From Chlamydiales bacterium (lineage in GTDB: Bacteria > Chlamydiota > Chlamydiia > Chlamydiales > JAAKFR01): a DNA stretch of 64,000 nt. Of the stretch, positions 8,971 to 17,665 are shown in pieces; positions within the stretch are counted from its first letter, which is position 1, and each line of letters starts with the position of its first letter. The stretch covers positions 949 through 64,948 of the forward strand of contig JAFIGI010000017.1 in NCBI GenBank assembly GCA_020831465.1, written 5' to 3'. The translations under genes were made by a program, and so were the position numbers. The notes beneath the pieces were generated by a model. It was not told the DNA's origin. It saw nothing but the letters and a program-made list of their open reading frames with translations, and did not search any database.

Positions 8971-10715
8971 TTAATCAAGTTCTCTATGGTTTTAGCAGCT
9001 GCGAAGCTTGCGTTTTGCTCTAATAGACGGGAACGCAATTCCCAGCAGGCTTCGCGGCATTTTTCAACGTCGAGTGAGCGCAGGGTTTTTGCAATTTCAT
9101 CTGCCGAGAGTTGGTTATGGATGAATTCGGGGTAGACCTCTCGTTCGCAGATGATATTCACAAGAGTATAAAAGGGAAGGCGGATGCGAAAAAAATAGCG
9201 GCCAAGAAGATAATTGAGCATTCCTAGTTGATAGGTCACAACTGTTGGTACGGCATGGAGTCCAATCTCAAGTATGATCGTACCCGAAGTGGCAAGAGCT
9301 AGGCTCGCCGCGCGCATCAACTCGTACCGTTTTTCCTGAGGAACAAAATGGGCTTCCTGACCGACATGCTTTCGGATCTCACCTATCAGCTCCGGACGGG
9401 CAACGGAAATGACGGGGGTATAGTCAGGGAAGTGCTTCGCTGCTTCCCATTGGATAGGTAAATTCAAGGAGATCTCATGCCGGCGGCTTCCGGGAAAAAT
9501 AGCTAAAATCGGCTTGTCGCTAGGAAGTGGATAAGAAGGATCATAGGTGTAGGAATCGATCGCCGCCACAAGAGGATGACCGACGTAAGTAACGGAGAGC
9601 GAAGTTTGTGTGAAACACTCCTTCTCAAAAGGGAGAATCGATAGGAGGCCGTCCAGGGTTTTCGCGAGGCTTTTAACCCGTCCTCTTCTCCATGCCCATA
9701 CGGAAGGGCATACGTAGTGGATCAATTTCCCTCGGTACCCCTTTTTGCGCAACGCTTTGGCAAGCAGCATATTGAAATCGGGATAGTCGATCAGAACAAC
9801 AGCGGCGGGCGGATTGCTTAAGATATGGTTTCTAATCTTTCGGAAATCAAGATAGAGGCGAGGAAGGGCTTTCAGCACATCGGAAAAACCCATTACCTGA
9901 AAGTCTTCCATCGGATGGGTGATCTCCATACCGGCGGCGCGCATGAGCGGGCCTCCGACACCTGAAATGGAGAGAGCTCGATCATCCCGCTTCAGGGCTT
10001 CGATAAGCTTTCCCCCTAAAAGGTCGCCGCTAGGCTCGCCAGCAAAGACGAATAGCCCTTTTCCAGCTTCGAATTGCGGCCTTTTGAGCAGCATCAGGTT
10101 GCGGATATAGGGCAGCAGGCCGATGCCGTAGCCAAGGATATTGACCGGATCGTTTAAGCGGATAAAATAGAGGAGCGAGAGAAGGGCGCCGGCGAGGCTG
10201 GTCCACCAAAACGGGATGCCAAGGTAACTCTTTCCCCGTTTCTCCGCCTGCCACCACTGGATCCAAAAACGGCTCGCGAATAGAAACATTCCGGCAATTC
10301 CGATTAGATGCCAAGTTAGTGGAGGTCTGCTTGCGTGTATTCCGTTCCAAGGCATCGTTGGAGGGCGCATCCAGACTTTTTCGCGGATGAAAAGCAGGGA
10401 GACTGCTAAAGCGGTTAAGGCCATGACCGCGACAGTTTTTTTTATTGAGAGCGGTCGCTTTGCCATCAGATTGAGATTGCGCCAAGCGATGACCGCATTG
10501 AGAGATTGGATGAGGCAAACGGGATACTGAAGCTGGATGAAGGCATGAAGGCACATGATTCCATTGGCAATGAGAGAAATCACCCAAAAAAGTGGGGTGA
10601 CCATGCTTTCGCCTCTTTTTTCGCTCTGGATCCATTGCAAAAAGAAGCGCACACCGAAGAGTAGGTTGGCGATCAAGCCTAGCGGATAGAGAAAAGTCCG
10701 TAATAGGTCGATCAT
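8967..10715 (-). CDS. lpxB: Lipid-A-disaccharide synthase with N-terminal membrane (LAB_N-like) repeats
   Basis: 582 aa. Two N-terminal repeats (FLQWIQSEKRGES and WIQWWQAEKRGKS). These are followed by LpxB-like FAGEPSGDLLGGKLI...GVGGPLM. Confidence 0.85.
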   Translation of the reverse strand: MIDLLRTFLYPLGLIANLLFGVRFFLQWIQSEKRGESMVTPLFWVISLIANGIMCLHAFIQLQYPVCLIQSLNAVIAWRNLNLMAKRPLSIKKTVAVMALTALAVSLLFIREKVWMRPPTMPWNGIHASRPPLTWHLIGIAGMFLFASRFWIQWWQAEKRGKSYLGIPFWWTSLAGALLSLLYFIRLNDPVNILGYGIGLLPYIRNLMLLKRPQFEAGKGLFVFAGEPSGDLLGGKLIEALKRDDRALSISGVGGPLMRAAGMEITHPMEDFQVMGFSDVLKALPRLYLDFRKIRNHILSNPPAAVVLIDYPDFNMLLAKALRKKGYRGKLIHYVCPSVWAWRRGRVKSLAKTLDGLLSILPFEKECFTQTSLSVTYVGHPLVAAIDSYTYDPSYPLPSDKPILAIFPGSRRHEISLNLPIQWEAAKHFPDYTPVISVARPELIGEIRKHVGQEAHFVPQEKRYELMRAASLALATSGTIILEIGLHAVPTVVTYQLGMLNYLLGRYFFRIRLPFYTLVNIICEREVYPEFIHNQLSADEIAKTLRSLDVEKCREACWELRSRLLEQNASFAAAKTIENLIK

Positions 10716-11431
10716 GGCTCGTGCGAGATCTCCTCGCGCACTTTATGGTGAAGGGCACGATGGCGCATCCACCGGACGACGAACATATCGAGAATAGGTC
10801 CGATTGAACGGTTGAAAAAATGGTATTTAGTCGCTCCCTTTGCTCTCTCTCGGTGGTTAACGGGGATCTCTTTGACACGAAAGCCTTCAATTTTAAAAAG
10901 AGCGGGTAAAAAACGGTGCATCCCCTTGTACATCTTGACGCGCTTCAAAGATTCTCTGCGGTAGACTTTGAGTGAACATCCCGTGTCGTGCATCCCGTCG
11001 CGGCAAAGACGGCTCCGGACCCAATTGGAGAGGCGGGAAACAATCCGTTTTTGCCAGGGATCACGCCGGTTTACTCTCCACCCAACTACTAGATCGCAAT
11101 CTGTCATAGCAGCAGTAAGTTTTGGGATATCAGCGGGATCGTTTTGACCGTCGCCGTCCAGTGTAATGATCAATTCGCCTCGCGCTGCTTCAAATCCAGC
11201 CGCAAAAGCGGCTGACTGCCCGAAGTTTCGCGTAAATGTCAGCACCCGCAAATAGCGTTTATGTTTGCATAAGTCTTGCAGTATTAAAAGACTACGGTCT
11301 GTAGAGCCATCATCTACGCAGATCAGCTCCCATGGGTGTCCCATCCTTTCCATCACAGGTTCAATTTCGGCGATGAGATTTTCAATATTCTCCTCTTCAT
11401 CCTTAATCGGAACCACGATTGAATAGCGCAT
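10712..11431 (-). CDS. Family-2 glycosyltransferase (polyprenyl-phosphate sugar synthase, DPM1/ArnC-like)
   Basis: 239 aa. Motifs IVVPIKDEEENI, DDGSTD and DGDGQNDP (DxD). Overlaps the lpxB start by 4 nt. Confidence 0.85.
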   Translation of the reverse strand: MRYSIVVPIKDEEENIENLIAEIEPVMERMGHPWELICVDDGSTDRSLLILQDLCKHKRYLRVLTFTRNFGQSAAFAAGFEAARGELIITLDGDGQNDPADIPKLTAAMTDCDLVVGWRVNRRDPWQKRIVSRLSNWVRSRLCRDGMHDTGCSLKVYRRESLKRVKMYKGMHRFLPALFKIEGFRVKEIPVNHRERAKGATKYHFFNRSIGPILDMFVVRWMRHRALHHKVREEISHEP

Positions 11432-11434
11432 CCT

Positions 11435-12235
11435 CTACCTAAGTTTTTCTTTTAACCAGCTCACCCCTTCCTGAAATAGTTGGGGTGCCGTTCCATGTCC
11501 TTTGTGGCCAACAGAATGAGAGATTCTCAATTCGACATTCATATGCCGGGCTCTGATTTCATGCGCTTTCTCGGCCAATTTTCGAATAAAGTTGTAGCAA
11601 GCGTCGGTGCTCACGCGTTCATCTCTGTTTCCGATATAGAACCTAATATGGTGCAAGTGTGTCAGATGGTTAGTCAGTTGCTCCAAATCAAGTGAGGCGG
11701 CGCGCATTTTAACACGAGTCGACTGCTTTACTAAAGCAAATTCCTCCAACTCGCTTAACCTGGTCAGGGGAGCGAAGGCAAGAAGGGTTTTAATCCGCTT
11801 GTTGCGGGCAGCGAGATGGGTGGCGATAAAGCCGCCTCGAGAGAGGCCGCCGACGGCAAGGTGGTCTGGATCGACATATCCTTGTTTGATCAGCCAGTCG
11901 ACCGAAAAGGCGGCTTTTTCGAAGAATTCCTCTAAAATATACTCTTCTTGGGCCATTTGGTCGGCCCAATACTGCATCGCGTGGAATTTATCAAAACCGG
12001 GGCCGTGGCCGGGGATTGTCATTGAATAGATGCGGAGAGGGTCTACTTCGAGCAGAGCTGCGGGCGCGTTATAAGGAGGAAGCATTAAGCTCTCCTCGCC
12101 GGAAAGGGCGAAATAGAAAAAGGCGGGAAGAGCTCCTGCCTCCGGGCCAATGCCCTGGTAAAAGATTTCATTGCCTTGAGGATCGGTCAGGGTATTCATC
12201 CAAATATATGTATGACAACCTCTCCTAAACTTCAA
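11435..12235 (-). CDS. Alpha/beta-hydrolase fold esterase or peptidase
   Basis: 266 aa. Nucleophile elbow GGLSRGG (GxSxG) and C-terminal HSVGH. Only a 3-nt gap to the downstream GT2 gene. Confidence 0.7.
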   Translation of the reverse strand: MKFRRGCHTYIWMNTLTDPQGNEIFYQGIGPEAGALPAFFYFALSGEESLMLPPYNAPAALLEVDPLRIYSMTIPGHGPGFDKFHAMQYWADQMAQEEYILEEFFEKAAFSVDWLIKQGYVDPDHLAVGGLSRGGFIATHLAARNKRIKTLLAFAPLTRLSELEEFALVKQSTRVKMRAASLDLEQLTNHLTHLHHIRFYIGNRDERVSTDACYNFIRKLAEKAHEIRARHMNVELRISHSVGHKGHGTAPQLFQEGVSWLKEKLR

Positions 12236-12302
12236 GGATTTCCCGCTTTTAATTAAATCGCCTATGATCTATTGTATATTTAAATATCTAAAGGTTAATA
12301 AG

Positions 12303-13112
12303 ATGAGTGTTCAATCTCAACAAAGAGAAGAGCTTCTTTTTCTCGCTGCCTACCCAGAGATCTCAAGGCATCTTTCTCCAGAAGAAAAAGGTCATCTTGC
12401 CCAAGTCAACAAGCTTTGGAGAGATGTTGTGAAAGAGGGATAGATTCCCTCTCTGCTTAAACGTCCCGGTAGGAACTTTCTTTCACCGCTAGCTCCTTTT
12501 TTTTTACGCCATTTTCCTTTAATTGAGGAATGTGCATGTCCTCATGCTTCTGAACAGCAGCGTGATGGAATTACCCAGGAATTAATCTCAGCTGTAAAAC
12601 CTAACGTTTCTAAAATCTTCGTTATCCAAAGCATCGGCTGCGGGGGATGCTTAAGAGAATTAATTCTTTCGATTCATCTGCATGATGCTGGATTGAAGCG
12701 GCTCCATCTAATTTTATTCGATCCCGCAATAGGAAGAATAGTGAGCAACTGGGTTTCACCCCAAAAAATCAACTCTGTCAAAAGACCGAAGCCTCTTCAA
12801 ACGATGGAGAGTCTAAACCGCTTTTTTCAATTATTTTTACCTCGCCTTCAAGTTAAATGTGAGTGGCATTTCTCAAATGCTAAAAAATATACGTCTAAAA
12901 ACCCATCCTCTTTAAAGCCTGATATTTTGCTTCTTGTGGATATCGATGCTGAAGAATCTTTAGATAGCAATTTCAAGGCACTAAGGAAAGCAGATGCAAT
13001 AGCCGACCAGACTTTAGTCGGTTGGACGCGAAACAGCTTAGCTAAGAATCGCGAACCAACGGCGTTTGTTAAACCTGCGCGCCTCATTCACGATATTAAG
13101 CAGAGCTTCTAA
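12303..13112 (+). pseudogene. F-box-like protein gene interrupted by one in-frame TAG (12441..12443)
   Basis: My hand translation gives ATG 12303...LSPEEKGHLAQVNKLWRDVVKEG-TAG. The same frame then stays open for 83 codons with no ATG before the tracked ORF at 12693 and continues to 13112. The C-terminal part has a Rossmann-like IFVIQSIGCGGCLRE segment. Confidence 0.55.
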
Positions 13113-13113
13113 T

Positions 13114-13183
13114 ACAAGATCGTTTCTTGCTCATATTTAAAAATATGAGCTTAAAACGATCTTGTTAATCTTTCCGATTCTGA
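13114..13183. repeat. Structured repeat family C (nested hairpin); second copy at 48722..48793
   Basis: ATACAAGATCGTTTCTTGCTCATATTTAAAAATATGAGCTTAAAACGATCTTGTTAATCTTTCCGATTCTG. Inner arms GCTCATATTT/AAATATGAGC. Outer arms CAAGATCGTTT/AAAACGATCTTG. Starts 2 nt after the pseudogene stop. Confidence 0.8.
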
Positions 13184-13335
13184 AATATAACCTGAGATTT
13201 GGATTCCCTTGTCTTAAGGGACTTTTGTCATTCACTTGACCCGAAAAGCTCAAGATTTTCTAAAAAAAAACTCCTAAAAACGCGAGTCAGAGAACCCAAA
13301 ACTCAGGTGAATAGAAAGCATCTTATTTACAGAGC

Positions 13336-14358
13336 TTAAGATTCCAACGTGTAAGAAAATACTTTTTTATCGCGAAGAATATAAAAATTTGAACCTGACC
13401 TTAAGTTTCCTTTTACTAAATATGATTGACCTGAAAACCATTTTGAAAAACGACGAGACGCGCTAATCATTTTAGCTGATTTTAATTTTTGAACCTCTTT
13501 CTCACCAATTTTTTTTTCATAAACTTTTTTGTTTTTTAAAATGAAAATCTGGTTTTGGTTATCGATATTTAAGCCGATTAAAGATCCATTATATCCTTCT
13601 AATGTATTATTCTCTTTTATAATTTTAAACCCATTATCACCCCATGCTACAAATGAAGTGTTCGAAATCGGATCTAACCTGCTTAAAATTAGGCCATCAT
13701 AATTCGCGATCCTTAGTAATTCATTATTTTCATCAACTTGGTAGATTTCTGACCCAAGAGATCGTCTTGCAGAATAACTTACGACACAGACAGCTATATA
13801 AAAATTTTTATCACAGTGAGTGATGCTTCTTGGGTGGCGAGATATTCCTAAACCTGTTTGTAGTTTAAGCTCCCTCTTATTTGATGAAGATCTCATAATT
13901 GTTACCGTTCCCTCACAATCAGGCATAGGTGTACCATCTTTATATTGGCAATCGTTGATCAACCCTATCAAATTTTCGTTTATAGGAGAGAAGCCAATTG
14001 CACCGATATGGGGGAGGTGCGTTTCCTTATTTACAGCTAATTCATCATCAATTTCAAGAGAAAAGATCGTAACACCACTTTTTGTGAGTCCATATAACTT
14101 TTGATAAGTAATCGTAATATCATGAACTCTCCCATTCTCCTGCGGTAATTGAGCTGAAAGAGTAAGATTATCATCTGAAATCAAATAGATTTTGCTTGTA
14201 TTTGGTTTGCTTATATATGTTAATGCGATTAGATAAACTTTTTCTTGAATTTTTCCAGTGATAATTTTTTTTATCGATTCTGCTTTTTCTGTCTCGAATA
14301 TCACTGCACATTTTAGCTGCTGTTGAGTGGAATTTATCATATAGGTCTCCTGTTCCAT
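13336..14358 (-). CDS. Orphan 340-aa protein, tandem paralogue 1 (all-beta, possibly propeller-like)
   Basis: Long AT-rich ORF. Clearly homologous end to end, and equal in length, to the ORF at 14785..15807. No recognisable catalytic motif. Confidence 0.8.
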   Translation of the reverse strand: MEQETYMINSTQQQLKCAVIFETEKAESIKKIITGKIQEKVYLIALTYISKPNTSKIYLISDDNLTLSAQLPQENGRVHDITITYQKLYGLTKSGVTIFSLEIDDELAVNKETHLPHIGAIGFSPINENLIGLINDCQYKDGTPMPDCEGTVTIMRSSSNKRELKLQTGLGISRHPRSITHCDKNFYIAVCVVSYSARRSLGSEIYQVDENNELLRIANYDGLILSRLDPISNTSFVAWGDNGFKIIKENNTLEGYNGSLIGLNIDNQNQIFILKNKKVYEKKIGEKEVQKLKSAKMISASRRFSKWFSGQSYLVKGNLRSGSNFYILRDKKVFSYTLES

Positions 14359-14435
14359 TTATTTTTACAAACTCTCGACTGTATACATTTTAAGATGCAA
14401 TTTTTACAGTTCGAATCAACAACTTGCAAAACTCT

Positions 14436-14459
14436 CATCTGAAAAATGTATAAACTCGA
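14436..14459. repeat. Short repeat F (CATCTGAAAAATGTATAAACTCGA); second copy at 32953..32976
   Basis: 23 of 24 nt match between the two sites. Both lie in intergenic DNA next to AT-rich accessory genes. Confidence 0.6.
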
Positions 14460-14738
14460 TCTTTATCTTAATTTTTTTTGGGAAAGCATAAATGAAAGAT
14501 TTGTTAAGATCAATAAAAGGTTGTGTAAAAAAATTTTTTTTAAAATATCCCGAATATTTATTTTTAGATGCTTTTATCAATGAAAGATTGCCGCCGTTTT
14601 GACCTGATTTTTGGATTTTTCTGCCTCGTCTTCATGGACTTTGCTTGCATCTCTTCTACCTTTCGTATTCGCAAAGGGTCTTTGGTCATTATTTGCTGCG
14701 CAAACTCTTCTGAATGGGAGAAGACCGGCCAAAACTCA

Positions 14739-14774
14739 GGTCAAAATGTAAATTTTTCAACTGATTCTGCTATA
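14739..14774. repeat. Repeat family A copy (GGTCAAAATGTAAATTTTTCAACTGATTCTGCTATA)
   Basis: Identical to 16258..16293. Lies 10 nt downstream of the stop of paralogue 2. Confidence 0.85.
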
Positions 14775-14784
14775 TCTGCAAACC

Positions 14785-15807
14785 TTAAGATTTCAACGCG
14801 TAGGAAAATACTTTTTTATCACGAAGAATATAAAAATTGGAATCTGACCTTGCGATTTCTTTTATTAAAGATGATTGACCAGAAAACCATTTTGAAAGAC
14901 GACGAGACGCACTAATCACTTTATCTGATTTTAATTCTTGAAATTCTTTCTCGCCAATTTTTTTAACACAAACTTTTTTATTTTTTAAAATAAAAATTTG
15001 GTTTTCATTATGAATAATTAAGCCGATTATAGGTCCCCTATATCCTTCAAATTTTTTACCTTCTTTTATAATTTTATAACCATTATCACCCCATGCTACA
15101 AATGAGGTATCTGAAATTGGATCTAACCTGCTTAAAATTCGGTCATAATAATTCGCGATTTTTCGCAATCCGCTATTTTCATCAACTTGGTAGATTTCTG
15201 ATCCAAGAGATCGTCTCAATCTATAACTTACGAGAACGGCAGATATAAAAAAGCTTTCACCACAATGGGTGATGCTTGTTGGTTGGCGAGTTATCCCGTC
15301 AATTGTTTTTAGTTTAAACTCGATCTTTTCTACCGAAGATCTCATAATTATTACCGCTCCCTCACAATCAAGCAGAGGTTGACCATCTTTAGAATTGCAA
15401 TCGTTGATCAACCCTATCAAATTTTCGTTTATAGGAGAGAAGCCAATTGCACCCATATGAGAGTGGTGTGTTTCCGCACTGACAGCTAATTTATCATCAA
15501 TTTCTAGAGAAAAGATCGTAACGCCACTTTTTGTGAGTCCATATAACTTCTCATCAGTAATCGTTATATCATGAACTGTCCCATCTTGCTGCGGTAATTG
15601 AGCTGAAAGAGTAGGATTATCATCTGAAATCAAATATATTTTACTTATATGTAGGCTCTTTATATATGTTAATGCGATCAGATAAACTTTTTCTTGAATT
15701 TTTCCAGTAATAATTTTTTTTATGAGTTCTGTTTTTTTTGTCTCGAATATAACTGCACATTTTAGCTGTTGCTGAGTGGAATTTATCATAGAGGTCTCCT
15801 GTTGCAT
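14785..15807 (-). CDS. Orphan 340-aa protein, tandem paralogue 2
   Basis: Same length as 13336..14358 with near-identical N- and C-terminal thirds. The central third is more diverged. Confidence 0.8.
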   Translation of the reverse strand: MQQETSMINSTQQQLKCAVIFETKKTELIKKIITGKIQEKVYLIALTYIKSLHISKIYLISDDNPTLSAQLPQQDGTVHDITITDEKLYGLTKSGVTIFSLEIDDKLAVSAETHHSHMGAIGFSPINENLIGLINDCNSKDGQPLLDCEGAVIIMRSSVEKIEFKLKTIDGITRQPTSITHCGESFFISAVLVSYRLRRSLGSEIYQVDENSGLRKIANYYDRILSRLDPISDTSFVAWGDNGYKIIKEGKKFEGYRGPIIGLIIHNENQIFILKNKKVCVKKIGEKEFQELKSDKVISASRRLSKWFSGQSSLIKEIARSDSNFYILRDKKVFSYALKS

Positions 15808-16180
15808 TCTAACCTGGGTTGGGGGTTTTTCCCCGACGCCTAGAGGGCCTTTGCTTCGCTTGAAAACCCCATCATCTGCAACTCAGGTGTGTAGCTTAAA
15901 TTTAATTTTGGAAGAGCTTATGTGATAAATTTGTTATAATCAATAAAAGTTTTTATCTAATTTTTTTTTAAATATTATTGAATATTTATTTTTTTAGTTT
16001 TTTTTATCAATGAAGGCTTGCCGCCGTTTTGAACTGAGCATTGGTTTTTTTTCTCTCCTCTTCAGGAACTTTCCTTACATCTCTCTCTTCTGCTTTTCAT
16101 GTTCGCAAAAAGCCTTTGGCTATTCGCTTCACTCGCAAACTCCTCTGAATGCGACGAAGAGAACCTAATACTCAGGTTTT

Positions 16181-16293
16181 TATAGTCGATCATAAGTGAA
16201 CCCATATTTCTAATATTGGTTCACTTATGATCGGTCAAGCCCGGGAGCTTTGACGCAGGTCAAAATGTAAATTTTTCAACTGATTCTGCTATA
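16181..16293. mobile_element. 113-bp MITE-like element (family A end plus internal 16-bp-stem hairpin)
   Basis: Begins TATAG and ends CTATA. Perfect 16-bp arms CGATCATAAGTGAACC (16187..16202) and GGTTCACTTATGATCG (16218..16233). The reverse complement recurs at 36132..36216. Confidence 0.65.
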
Positions 16294-16313
16294 AGAATTG
16301 CGAAAGAAACCAT

Positions 16314-17600
16314 TCACTTTTGGTTCAAGCCGATCATCTCGATGATCTGGGCTCTGAGTTCGATCGGTGTATCTGCAGAGAGCTTTAAATCACCTGAACG
16401 GAGTACCGCCCGATAATCGTTTGAATTGAGTTCTCCGCTTAGTTCCCAGAAAACATTGATCGAACCAAGTTTCTTATCTGTTCCGGAGTTTTCGGGTCGC
16501 ATGAAGAATTTATGAGGCCGATTTTGTCGGATGGTGAAGGTGTTAAGCTTCGGGTTTAGTGTGGCTTCAAAAGTGACGCCTTTTCCCGAATCATAGCTTA
16601 GTTTCGGTTTGTTTGTTTCAATATGAAAAAGTTTCGGAAAGGTATGTTGCCGTAAATGCATAACAGCAGAACTGAAGGAATTGAAAGTCATAGACTGCAA
16701 TATGCGCAAAACGGGAACTTGAAGTAAAGTCGGCATCTCTTGGGAGTTCTCAACAAGCAGCTCTGCCTGCTCTTTCGGAGTAAGAGTGGATTCTATGCTG
16801 AACTCATTCTGTAGTCTTTCGATGAGATTTTCCATAAAAATCTTTTGACGGTCTTTTTCAGACGAGCTGCTCACTTTCGGTAGGGAAAGGGGACTATTAT
16901 TGAAGATGAAAGAGTGCTCATCTACTGGAGACTCACCGTAAAAGGCACGGAAACCGGCGGTAATCTCAGATGGAAGAAGCTTTGCAATCGGATGGTTGCT
17001 ATCGAAACCTTTATCAAACTGAATCAGGTTGGTTCGCAACAGATAATCGGTCTTTTTTTCTTTTTTAAATTGTTGAAGGTAAGGAAGGAGAATTTTCTTA
17101 TTGGAGCAAAACTTCTTGAAAAAGTTAAGCGCATCCTTGCCTCCGATCGCCTCATGAAAAAGAGGAATCTCTTCAGCTGTTAGTAGGATGGGAATAGCGT
17201 CCAAGAAACGTAGAGGAGAGTGAATATGGTTAAAAGCTTCAAATCTTTCTCTGAAGGTTTCTCTTTGCGACTCGGCAAGCCGCCCCTGGATAGGGGTGGC
17301 ATCGACTCCTTGCTTTTCGAGAAAATCATTTAAGAGTTGATCGGATTTTATAGATAAAAGATGAGGAGCTGAGAATTCTTCTAATTTTGCGATAAAGCCG
17401 CTCATCCAACTCTCTTTACAAAAGGCCTCCTTTCGGCTGGCAGATTGTCCTACCGAAGACTTCCAAAATTCAGTTGCTTTTTTTTGTTCAACTGTTACTT
17501 CAGTTACTTCTTCATCTTCATAAGTCTCTGTTCTTACTAGAGAGGAATCGGTATTTAAGAAAGAGGGGGAAGAATTACCTTCTAGGGGATTTATGCTCAT
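16314..17600 (-). CDS. Hypothetical protein (428 aa), no recognisable domain
   Basis: Long uninterrupted ORF. Ser/Glu-rich, apparently disordered N-terminus. No TM segments or motifs that I can name. Confidence 0.7.
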   Translation of the reverse strand: MSINPLEGNSSPSFLNTDSSLVRTETYEDEEVTEVTVEQKKATEFWKSSVGQSASRKEAFCKESWMSGFIAKLEEFSAPHLLSIKSDQLLNDFLEKQGVDATPIQGRLAESQRETFRERFEAFNHIHSPLRFLDAIPILLTAEEIPLFHEAIGGKDALNFFKKFCSNKKILLPYLQQFKKEKKTDYLLRTNLIQFDKGFDSNHPIAKLLPSEITAGFRAFYGESPVDEHSFIFNNSPLSLPKVSSSSEKDRQKIFMENLIERLQNEFSIESTLTPKEQAELLVENSQEMPTLLQVPVLRILQSMTFNSFSSAVMHLRQHTFPKLFHIETNKPKLSYDSGKGVTFEATLNPKLNTFTIRQNRPHKFFMRPENSGTDKKLGSINVFWELSGELNSNDYRAVLRSGDLKLSADTPIELRAQIIEMIGLNQK

Positions 17601-17665
17601 CCATTCACCTGGTTTTAAACTTAAGATGAACAGTATAAGGTGTTTACGTCAAAAAAAGCAATAGT

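Noticed and set aside
10030-10890. 286-aa ORF on the minus strand overlapping lpxB and the GT2 gene. Similar long antisense or out-of-frame ORFs occur at 30619..31362, 42885..43400, 44755..45177, 46356..46814, 3278..3772 and 7928..8362.
   Set aside because: Each lies entirely inside a gene with strong family motifs. Their translations are Arg/Ser/Pro-rich and low-complexity, with no motifs. They are treated as shadow ORFs.
14568-14915. 115-aa plus-strand ORF spanning the spacer between the tandem paralogues.
   Set aside because: It crosses the family A repeat and runs antisense into the 3' end of paralogue 2. The equivalent duplicated spacer (about 16000..16160) is not open in the same way.
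13114-16293. Whether the recurring ~36-nt repeats form a CRISPR array.
   Set aside because: The copies are in both orientations and irregularly spaced by hundreds to thousands of bp. They are separated by genes, and no cas genes are present.
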